Source of the DNA: Candidatus Magasanikiibacteriota bacterium
Lineage (GTDB): Bacteria; Patescibacteriota; Patescibacteriia; Magasanikbacterales; GWA2-37-8
DNA: 64,000 nucleotides
NCBI GenBank assembly: GCA_963840935.1
Contig: CAWJAS010000001.1
Span: 192,875 to 256,874 of the forward strand
Reading direction: 5' to 3'
Made by a program: the position numbers and the translations under genes. The notes beneath the pieces are model-generated. The model made no database searches. It worked only from the letters and a program-made list of their open reading frames with translations, and was not told the DNA's origin. Shown here piece after piece: positions 10,580 through 18,147 of the stretch (positions are counted from its first letter, which is position 1; each line of letters starts with the position of its first letter).

Positions 10580-10951
10580 ATGAATATTTTAGTCGTTGAT
10601 TTTGGCTCAAAAAATATCGGTTTGGCCTGGTGCGATACCGCAATCGGCGCTCCTTTGCCTTTTGGTGTTGCAAGTAGCATAAACGAGGTAATACAAATAG
10701 TGGAAGATGAGCGAATAGATAAAATTGTTGTTGGTTTACCCATCGGTCTTGACGGAAAAGAAAACAAAAATACCGAACGAGTTAGAAAATTTGCCAATGA
10801 ATTACAAAAAGCAACAGATGTTAGCGTTGATTTGTTTGATGAAAGATTCAGTTCGCAGGTGGCAGATAAAATGAAGGGTTTGGCCGGTAGAGATGAAAAG
10901 GCGGCGATGATTATACTTGACGATTATTTGGTAAAAAATAAAATTTTGTAA
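10580..10951 (+). CDS. ruvX: RuvX/YqgF family nuclease
   Basis: VDFGSKNIGLA, IVVGLP, FDERFSS, DEKAAMIIL. Confidence 0.92.
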   Translation: MNILVVDFGSKNIGLAWCDTAIGAPLPFGVASSINEVIQIVEDERIDKIVVGLPIGLDGKENKNTERVRKFANELQKATDVSVDLFDERFSSQVADKMKGLAGRDEKAAMIILDDYLVKNKIL

Positions 10952-10962
10952 GGTCTTAGTAT

Positions 10963-11682
10963 ATGTTATTTATTATTCTTGCTCGTCTGGATTTTCGCGA
11001 AAATGATCAGCTGATAACACTGTTCAGCCGTGAGTCGGGCAAAGAAGTCGCTCTTGCCAAAAGCGTTAAAAAAATAAACAGTAAAAATTCGGCTTTTTTG
11101 GAGCCGTTTTTTTTGGTTGAAGCGGAAATAGTATCCGGCAAAGAAATTAAACATATTTTTAAAGTTGTTGGCGTTAATGGCTTTAAAAATATTAGAAAAG
11201 ATTTTGATAAAAGTGTTTCCGCAAAAAAAATTGTTAACATTGTCAGTCGGTTAATTCCCGAAAATGGCAAGGAACCGGTGCTGTTTGATTTATTAAAACA
11301 GTGGCTTCTGTATATTGATGAATTTGATTTTAATCACAGTTTGGAATTGGGTTTTTATTGCCAGTCATTAAAAATACTAGGCATTGTTCCACAATTAAAT
11401 AAATGTGTTTATTGCGAAAAACCGGTTTCTTCAGGCGAACAAGAAAAAATTATTTTTTCGATTTAGGATGGTGGCGTAGTTTGTCGGAGTTGTGCGCCAA
11501 AGCAAAAAATACTCACGAGTGTTTGTTTACAAAAAGATGATTTGAATAATTGGGAAATATTTTTAAATTCTCCAATCAAAGAATGGCCTGTCTCAATATC
11601 AACGTCGCTTGTTCGAGCCATTGAGTTGTTTTTTGAGCATTATAGCGGTTCAAAACTTGCTAAAATTAGCCAAATAAGTTAA
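10963..11682 (+). pseudogene. recO: DNA repair protein RecO interrupted by one in-frame TAG (11464-11466); may be a sequencing error
   Basis: DFRENDQLITLFS, LEPF, CVYC; the frame continues past TAG as DGGVVCRSC (second Zn pair) to TAA at 11680-11682. Confidence 0.85.
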
Positions 11683-11714
11683 TATACACAGATAACAATT
11701 ATTAAATATATTTT

Positions 11715-13109
11715 ATGCGCGAATTACAAGAAATAAAAGATATTTTTAAAAAAAGTTTTGATTATATCGGAAAGCAGATAAAAGTCGGTGGTTGGGTAAG
11801 AACTACACGCGAATCAAAAAATGCGAATTTTATTGAACTCAATGACGGTACATATTTTTCTAATTTACAGATTGTTTTTGACGATAATTTGGCTAACGCG
11901 GAAGAAATAAAAAAGGCTTCAATCGGCAGTGCCTTAATTATTACGGGCGACCTAGTTGAATCAACGGGCGCTGGTCAGTCGTTTGAATTAAAAGCAAAAG
12001 AAATTGAAATAATTGGCCATTCAACTTCGGAGTATCCCTTGCAAAAAAAACGCCACTCATTTGAATTTTTGCGTGAAATCGCTCATTTGCGTCCTCGTTC
12101 AAACACTTTTTCTGCCGTTTTTCGCGTTCGCTCGCTTGCCGCTTATGCCATTCACAAATTTTTTAATGATAAGGGTTTTGTTTATGCTCAAACCCCGATT
12201 ATATCCGGCAGTGATTGCGAGGGAGCGGGGGAGATGTTTCAGGTTACAACTCTTGATTTAAAAAACATGCCAAAAGATGAGCGAGGCGAAATTGATTTCA
12301 AGGATGATTTTTTTGGCAAACGCGTTGGGCTAACCGTTAGCGGACAACTCGAAGCCGAGGTTTTTGCCATGGCCTTCAAAAAAGTTTACACTTTCGGACC
12401 TACTTTTCGGGCGGAAAATTCAAACACCAAACGCCATGCGTCCGAGTTTTGGATGATTGAGCCGGAAATCGCTTTTGCCGATTTAACGGATGATAAAGCA
12501 CTGGCCGAAGAGTTTGTTAAATATATAATTAATTATGTGCGGGAAAACGCGCCCGAGGAAATGGCTTTTTTTAACAAATTTATTGATACCGAATTGTTTG
12601 AAAAGCTGGATGTTGTGGCGAATTCACCGTTTGAGCATATTACCTATACGGAAGCCGTTGAAATTTTGGAGAAGTCGGGCCAAAAATTTGAATTTCCGGT
12701 CGGCTGGGGCAAGGAATTACAAACCGAGCATGAAAAATACCTAACAGAGGTGGTTTATAAAAAACCGGTATTTGTTACCGATTATCCGAAAGAATTTAAA
12801 GCTTTTTATATGCGCCAAAATGATGATGGTAAGACCGTGGCCGCCATGGATTTATTAGTGCCGGGAATTGGCGAAATAATCGGAGGTAGTCAGCGTGAAG
12901 AGCGCTTGGAAAAATTGGAGTCGCGGATGAAGGAAATGAAATTGGACGCTAAGGATTATTGGTGGTATTTGGACCTTCGCCGTTACGGTGGTGTACCTCA
13001 TGCCGGGTTTGGTCTGGGTTTCGAAAGATTGATAATGTATTTAACCGGAATGGATAATATACGCGATGTAATACCATTTCCGAGAACTCCAAAAAATGCC
13101 GAATTTTAG
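11715..13109 (+). CDS. asnS: Asparagine--tRNA ligase
   Basis: [46 protein letters not shown]. Confidence 0.98.
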   Translation: MRELQEIKDIFKKSFDYIGKQIKVGGWVRTTRESKNANFIELNDGTYFSNLQIVFDDNLANAEEIKKASIGSALIITGDLVESTGAGQSFELKAKEIEIIGHSTSEYPLQKKRHSFEFLREIAHLRPRSNTFSAVFRVRSLAAYAIHKFFNDKGFVYAQTPIISGSDCEGAGEMFQVTTLDLKNMPKDERGEIDFKDDFFGKRVGLTVSGQLEAEVFAMAFKKVYTFGPTFRAENSNTKRHASEFWMIEPEIAFADLTDDKALAEEFVKYIINYVRENAPEEMAFFNKFIDTELFEKLDVVANSPFEHITYTEAVEILEKSGQKFEFPVGWGKELQTEHEKYLTEVVYKKPVFVTDYPKEFKAFYMRQNDDGKTVAAMDLLVPGIGEIIGGSQREERLEKLESRMKEMKLDAKDYWWYLDLRRYGGVPHAGFGLGFERLIMYLTGMDNIRDVIPFPRTPKNAEF

Positions 13110-13111
13110 CC

Positions 13112-13145
13112 AAAAAATCACCCTCAAATAGGAGGGTGATTTTTT
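13112..13145. terminator. Bidirectional terminator between asnS and the metallophosphoesterase gene
   Basis: AAAAAATCACCCTC-AAATAG-GAGGGTGATTTTTT. Confidence 0.85.
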
Positions 13146-13155
13146 ATTCAAAAAT

Positions 13156-14115
13156 TTATTGCGTAAATTGAACTATCACTACTTCCGGAACGGCAAAAAA
13201 ACGTAAGGAAGTCCCTGATTCTCCGGCGCCGACAGAAGTGTAAACTGGCGCGTCATTAAAATAATTTAAACCGCGATAATATTCTTTTTGAAGTATTGTT
13301 TGCGCTCCGGCCAAAGGACCAAAAAATGGAATCCAAATTTGCCCGCCGTGCGTGTGTCCGGCAAGTGTTAAATCAGGGTAAGGTAAATTTGTTGGGTATT
13401 CCAAAATTCCATCCGGATTGTGAGTTACAAAAATTAAGGGAATATTTTTATCCCAATTTGTTAATTCAGAAAAATTCGGTTTGTTTTTCCAAATTTCCGC
13501 CAGTCCAAATAAGCAGATTTTTTGGTTTTTGATTTCTACGCACTCAAGTGAATTATTTAATAGTTTAAAACCAAAATTGTTAAAACGATTAATAACTAAT
13601 TCAGACCTGTCACCGGTGTATTTTTCCGGCTTGGTTCTCACAGTGCCCCCGATGCCGTATTCATGATTGCCAAGAACATAATAAACAGGATATTTTTGAA
13701 GAATTTGCAATGGCAAAAGATATTCACTTTCGTCCTCAAAAGTTCCTTCGTTGCTTATCATATCCCCGCCAAAGATAACAATATCTGGCTTGGCAGTATC
13801 TATTTTTTCGGCTACTTTTTTGCTCCAGCCGGTTTTTTTGTGCATTCCGACTTGAATGTCGCTCACAAAAGCGATTTTTATTCCTTCCAGTTTTTCATTT
13901 TTAATTTCAATTTTTTTTGTAACAAGCAAATAAGGCTCAACAAGTGTTGAATAAAGCGCCGTGATTATACCGGTAAAAAAAATAAAAATAAAAATTGCGC
14001 CAATAAATTTATTACGGTTGAAAAATAAATTCGGTTTTTTTCGGTCGCGGGCGATAAAAAAAATCAAGAGCCCTGCCACCAAAATATACCCGTACGTAAT
14101 TATTAAGAGAAACAT
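13156..14115 (-). CDS. Membrane-anchored calcineurin-like metallophosphoesterase (YkuE-like)
   Basis: SDIQ, GGD, GNHE, HNPD, GHTHGGQ motifs; two N-terminal TM segments. Confidence 0.9.
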   Translation of the reverse strand: MFLLIITYGYILVAGLLIFFIARDRKKPNLFFNRNKFIGAIFIFIFFTGIITALYSTLVEPYLLVTKKIEIKNEKLEGIKIAFVSDIQVGMHKKTGWSKKVAEKIDTAKPDIVIFGGDMISNEGTFEDESEYLLPLQILQKYPVYYVLGNHEYGIGGTVRTKPEKYTGDRSELVINRFNNFGFKLLNNSLECVEIKNQKICLFGLAEIWKNKPNFSELTNWDKNIPLIFVTHNPDGILEYPTNLPYPDLTLAGHTHGGQIWIPFFGPLAGAQTILQKEYYRGLNYFNDAPVYTSVGAGESGTSLRFFAVPEVVIVQFTQ

Positions 14116-14122
14116 ATTTGTG

Positions 14123-14204
14123 TGCCGAAGGAGAGAATCGAACTCTCACTCCCGAAGGAACACGATTTTGAGTCGTGCGCGTCTACCAATTCCGCCACTT
14201 CGGC
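14123..14204 (-). tRNA. tRNA-Leu(CAA)
   Basis: GCCGAAG/CTTCGGC acceptor, D arm TGGCGGAATTGGTAGACGCG, anticodon loop CTCAAAA, long variable arm, GTTCGATT. Confidence 0.95.
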
Positions 14205-14318
14205 AAAATAATGCTAATACTATAGTAAATTTAAGGCGTTTTGTCAAGCACAAGCAAAATACTTTGCTATTGTGATTATTTGATTATTACAATATTTATG
14301 ATATAATAATTACAAATT

Positions 14319-15083
14319 ATGCCTCCTGTAATTTCAATTGTCAATCAAAAAGGCGGAGTGGGTAAAACCACCACCGCCGTCAATCTGGCAGCCGGCTTAT
14401 CAGAGGCCGGTAAGTTTGTGTTATTGGTTGATTTGGACCCGCAGGGTAATGCCACATCGGGCTTGGGTATTAAATTAGATGAGGTTGAACAAGGACTTTA
14501 TCATTCTATTTCCGGTTTAGCCAGAATTCACGATGTCATCAGAAATACGGCTCATACCGGATTACGCGTGGTGCCGGCGACTCCGGATTTAGCCGGGGCA
14601 AACGTGGAATTGGTTAACGTGGAAGGAAGAGAAAATAAATTGAATGATATTTTATCGGAAGCTAAGCACGCCTATGATTATATTATAATTGATTGCCCTC
14701 CTTCTCTTGGACTTCTTACTTTGAACGGTTTGGTAGCCGCTGACCATGTACTCATACCGGTTCAGGCTGAATATTATGCCCTTGAGGGATTGGGACAGTT
14801 GTTGAAAACCATTGAATTAGTGAAAGATAATATTAAAGTTGATTTAAATGTTATCGGCGCGGTTCTTACCATGTTTGATTCCCGCAATCGTCTTTCAGAA
14901 GAAGTTTTGCATGAATTGTACAAATATTTTCCTAATAATATTTTTAGAACTGTGATTCCGCGCACTGTTCGTTTGGCCGAAGCGCCATCATATGGCCAAA
15001 GTATATTTCATTATGAACCGAGTGGCAAAGGAGCAAAATCATACGAACGACTGACGCGTGAATTGTTGGACAGGTTTGAATAA
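14319..15083 (+). CDS. parA: Chromosome partitioning ATPase ParA/Soj
   Basis: NQKGGVGKTTT, DLDPQGNAT, IDCPPSLG, RLAEAPSYG. Confidence 0.97.
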   Translation: MPPVISIVNQKGGVGKTTTAVNLAAGLSEAGKFVLLVDLDPQGNATSGLGIKLDEVEQGLYHSISGLARIHDVIRNTAHTGLRVVPATPDLAGANVELVNVEGRENKLNDILSEAKHAYDYIIIDCPPSLGLLTLNGLVAADHVLIPVQAEYYALEGLGQLLKTIELVKDNIKVDLNVIGAVLTMFDSRNRLSEEVLHELYKYFPNNIFRTVIPRTVRLAEAPSYGQSIFHYEPSGKGAKSYERLTRELLDRFE

Positions 15084-15143
15084 AAAATATTGCCGTTTAT
15101 CGGCGTTTATCGGAGGTAATTTTATAATTTTTTATTTTTATTT

Positions 15144-16013
15144 ATGGCTCTTGGACGTGGCTTGGGAGCGTTAATCGCTCCGACTATTTCAGCCAAACAA
15201 AAAAAAGAAATACCGGTTCAGACCAAAAAAAGTGAATCCGGAATAATAGATAAAATTTGGTCGATTCCCATATCGGAAATTTCACCAAACGCCAAACAAC
15301 CACGGCGGTATTTTGGAATGGAAGAATTAGAAGAATTGGCCGGTTCAATAAAAAAGCATGGAATTTTACAGCCGATTTTGGTTTCCGAAAAAAAAGACGG
15401 CGGTTACGAGATTATCGCCGGTGAAAGGCGTTGGCGCGCGGCAAAGTTGGCCGGTCTGACATCTGTTCAGGCGTTGGTAAAACAAATGGCTGATTTGGAA
15501 AAATTGGAAGTGGCATTGATTGAAAATATTCAGCGCACAGAATTAAATCCAATTGAAGAAGCATTCGCTTATGAGCGTTTGATTGAAGAATTTGGTTTGA
15601 CCCAGCAAGAAGTCTCGGAAAAAGTGGGTAAAAGCCGACCGGTAATTGCCAATACTATCAGATTATTGGAATTACCGGAAGAAGCGAAAAAAGCCCTGAT
15701 TGAGAAAAAAATAAACACCGGCCAAGCGCGTGCTTTGCTCGGTTTAAAAAGCGCGAACGAACAACTGGACGCGCTGTCTTCAATGCTCGGGCAAAAAATT
15801 TCTGTCAGAGAACTTGAAAGAAAAGTTCAAAAAACAAAACCGGTTGAGTCCCTTCGGAAAGACGCTAATTTGGTATATATAGAAAATAAATTGCGAGATG
15901 CGCTCAACACAAAAGTCGATATTACAAAGAAAGGCGAAAGCGGAAAAATAATGATTGATTATTATTCCAAAGAAGATTTGGGAAGAATTATAAAAAAAAT
16001 AATCAACGACTAG
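15144..16013 (+). CDS. parB: Chromosome partitioning protein ParB/Spo0J
   Basis: LGRGLGALI, QPRR, IAGERRWRA, ENIQR, HTH. Confidence 0.97.
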   Translation: MALGRGLGALIAPTISAKQKKEIPVQTKKSESGIIDKIWSIPISEISPNAKQPRRYFGMEELEELAGSIKKHGILQPILVSEKKDGGYEIIAGERRWRAAKLAGLTSVQALVKQMADLEKLEVALIENIQRTELNPIEEAFAYERLIEEFGLTQQEVSEKVGKSRPVIANTIRLLELPEEAKKALIEKKINTGQARALLGLKSANEQLDALSSMLGQKISVRELERKVQKTKPVESLRKDANLVYIENKLRDALNTKVDITKKGESGKIMIDYYSKEDLGRIIKKIIND

Positions 16014-16044
16014 CTGGTTAATTAAAAAATAGCCGGAGTAAAGG

Positions 16045-17550
16045 CTATTTTTTTGTTGGCATTGGCCAGATTGAAGCCAGCCAATTTTTTTTCTGTGAGT
16101 TTAAGTAGTGCTTTATTTGTTGGCGAGCGGCGTTTGTTTTGATAAATTTCAACCAGTCACGGCTGGGTCCTTTTCTGTTTTTATCGACAATAATTTCCAC
16201 CACATCGCCACTCTTTAACGGAGTATCAAGCGATACCATTTGGTCGTTAACCAGAGTGCTGTTGCATTTGTTACCTATGTCTGAGTGAATTTGGTAGGCG
16301 AAGTCAACCGCGGTAGCGTTTTCCGGCAAATCAATCACATCGCCCTTTGGCGTGAAAACGAAAATTCTATTTTGAAAAAAATCAATTTTTAAAACATCCA
16401 AATCGGATAAATTATTAAATACGTCTTTTTGAATTTTTGCCAATTCTTGGGCCCAGGCGACGTTTTTATCAGAGCTTTTAACTGGTTTTTTATTTTCGTG
16501 ATAATGCCAATGAGCGGCGATACCGAATTCAGCCGCTTCGTGCATTTCCATAGTGCGTATTTGGAATTCGACGATATGCCCCTCATCGCAAAAAACAGTC
16601 GTGTGCAAAGATTTGTAGCCGTTAGGTTTCGGCTGGGATATATAGTCTTTTATTCTTCCTTTTAACGGCCTCCAAAGTTTATGAATAATACCAAGAACCG
16701 CATAACAATCGTTAATGTTTGAAACAATTATGCGGACAGCCACAATATCATAAATTTGCTCGGTATCCCAATTTTTTTGTTTTAATTTTAAGTATAAACT
16801 ATATAATCGCTTGTTACGGCCGTGTATGTCAATTATTTTTATGCCGGTGTTTTTGATTTCCTTTTTTACGAAGGACATTATTTTTTCCAAATAATTTTTT
16901 TCAACAGACGTAAATGACTCGCTGATATCACAAACTTTTTTATAGTCATTTGGAAAAACATATGGAAAAGACAAATCTTCCAATTGGCCTTTGAATTCAC
17001 CCATGCTTAAGCGGTTGGCGATTGGGGCATAAATTTCTAAGCTTTCAAGAGCGATGCGGTATTGTTTGTTCACGGGCATTGATTCAAGAGTTTTGAGATT
17101 GTGAATCCGGTCGGCAAATTTTATAATCATTACCCGAATATCCTCGGCCATGGCAATAAACATTTTGCGTAAATTTTCGATATATCTTTCAACCCCGCGG
17201 TATTTGATGGCGCTTAACTTAGTGATTCCTTTAATCATGTTTGACACGTCCTTTCCAAAGTTTTCTTCAATTTCTTCTAAAGTGATTTTTGTATCTTCGG
17301 GCACGTCGTGGAGCAGGGCGGCGATAATAATATTGATGTCGATTTTTAAAAGCGCGAGAATATAGGCGGTTGATAGGGGGTGAATAATATACGATTCTCC
17401 ACTATGCCTTAATTGACCACTATGGGCATTGGAGGCAAAATCAAAAGCTAACCGTGCCATTTCCAAGTCGTCGCGGTCGCAATATTGCTTTAATTCCTTA
17501 TATAGGTCGTTTTCAGTTATTTTCTTTGGCAATACAATTTCCGTATTCAT
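16045..17550 (-). CDS. RelA/SpoT family (p)ppGpp synthetase/hydrolase (HD + SYNTH + TGS, no C-terminal ACT)
   Basis: HP...LLHDVPED, KFADRIHN, KDYISQPKPNGYKSLHT, EFQIRT, FTPKG...DFAYQIHS. Confidence 0.95.
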   Translation of the reverse strand: MNTEIVLPKKITENDLYKELKQYCDRDDLEMARLAFDFASNAHSGQLRHSGESYIIHPLSTAYILALLKIDINIIIAALLHDVPEDTKITLEEIEENFGKDVSNMIKGITKLSAIKYRGVERYIENLRKMFIAMAEDIRVMIIKFADRIHNLKTLESMPVNKQYRIALESLEIYAPIANRLSMGEFKGQLEDLSFPYVFPNDYKKVCDISESFTSVEKNYLEKIMSFVKKEIKNTGIKIIDIHGRNKRLYSLYLKLKQKNWDTEQIYDIVAVRIIVSNINDCYAVLGIIHKLWRPLKGRIKDYISQPKPNGYKSLHTTVFCDEGHIVEFQIRTMEMHEAAEFGIAAHWHYHENKKPVKSSDKNVAWAQELAKIQKDVFNNLSDLDVLKIDFFQNRIFVFTPKGDVIDLPENATAVDFAYQIHSDIGNKCNSTLVNDQMVSLDTPLKSGDVVEIIVDKNRKGPSRDWLKFIKTNAARQQIKHYLNSQKKNWLASIWPMPTKK

Positions 17551-17604
17551 AATTGATCATTTTTTTCACATCTTATTATTTAATTGTAAAGATTTATTGG
17601 AGTC

Positions 17605-17633
17605 TTGACAAGAGGCCGATTTTATGATATAAT
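17605..17633 (+). promoter_or_regulatory. Consensus sigma70 promoter P1 (drives candidate RNA1)
   Basis: TTGACA(17605-10)-17 bp-TATAAT(17628-33) with extended TG. Confidence 0.85.
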
Positions 17634-17639
17634 AACGAA

Positions 17640-17702
17640 TGTGATGCTAAGGCTTAATGCCGCAAAGATCCGTCCCTTTATTGGGCCGGATCTTCTGTTT
17701 TT
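17640..17702 (+). ncRNA. Candidate small RNA 1 (~60 nt), unknown family
   Basis: Runs from P1 to the hairpin AAGATCCG(T)CCC-TTTATT-GGG(C)CGGATCTT plus U-tract; no plausible ORF. Confidence 0.6.
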
Positions 17703-17704
17703 AT

Positions 17705-17732
17705 TTGACATGTTTTTGATTTATGCTATACT
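17705..17732 (+). promoter_or_regulatory. sigma70 promoter P2 (drives candidate RNA2)
   Basis: TTGACA(17705-10)-16 bp-TATACT(17727-32) with extended TG. Confidence 0.75.
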
Positions 17733-17737
17733 TATTC

Positions 17738-18000
17738 AGCCACGAGAGGTTCTGGTCGCGCGCTCCTTCTGTTCCTTTATCAGGCACAGCCCAAACCCGG
17801 GGCGTGTGCGCTCGAAATCGCTCAATAGCAGAGCGGGCGATTTCAGATGAGTTCCTGCATGGTCCTGCGTTTTCGCGAAGTGCGATGTTTGATCCCCTCC
17901 TGGCTGGAGTGACACAAGGTTCGAATGTCCAAAAAAAGAGTTTTTCTGCAGTCCATGCAACGGGTAGCGGCTTCTCGCCTTTGGGGAAGCCGCGTTTTTA
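17738..18000 (+). ncRNA. Candidate structured RNA 2 (~260 nt), unknown family
   Basis: GC-rich with several G-U-containing stems on the + strand; ends in terminator GCGGCTTCTC...GGGAAGCCGC-GTTTTT (17967-17999). Confidence 0.6.
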
Positions 18001-18016
18001 TTTCTGCTCGCTTATC

Positions 18017-18045
18017 TTGATTATTTATGCGAATTGTGATATATT
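18017..18045 (+). promoter_or_regulatory. sigma70-like promoter P3 (drives candidate RNA3)
   Basis: TTGATT(18017-22)-17 bp-TATATT(18040-45) with extended TG. Confidence 0.6.
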
Positions 18046-18051
18046 CAAATT

Positions 18052-18145
18052 TGCGGGAGGCGATCGGTCCTTAGCATCACCTTTGGCATTAAGGTTAACC
18101 TTTCGCCCCCGCACTAAAAAACCATGCATCTAAGCATGGTTTTTT
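18052..18145 (+). ncRNA. Candidate small RNA 3 (rod-like hairpin plus bidirectional terminator)
   Basis: Stem TGCGGGAGGCGA/TCGCCCCCGCA; terminator AAAAAACCATGC-ATCTAA-GCATGGTTTTTT (18116-18145), which also ends topA. Confidence 0.55.
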
Positions 18146-18147
18146 AT

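Noticed and set aside
14319-16013. parS site or oriC near parAB
   Set aside because: No GTTTCACGTGAAAC-like palindrome or DnaA-box cluster spotted by eye; only a CGTTTATCGG doublet at ~15094-15113.
17738-18000. RNase P RNA, SRP RNA or a tRNA
   Set aside because: No GAGGAAAGTCC core or SRP domain IV motif on either strand; the GGTTCGAA word lacks a proper T stem and acceptor.
18050-18113. tmRNA 5' end on the minus strand (GGGGGCGAAAGG...)
   Set aside because: No TTCGAC after the D-like loop, no tRNA-like 3' end with CCA, no tag ORF; promoter and terminator favour the + strand.
17605-18133. ORF-track proteins 17605-17850, 17723-18133 and 17736-17960
   Set aside because: They start inside promoter boxes or cross terminators, and have no recognisable protein features.
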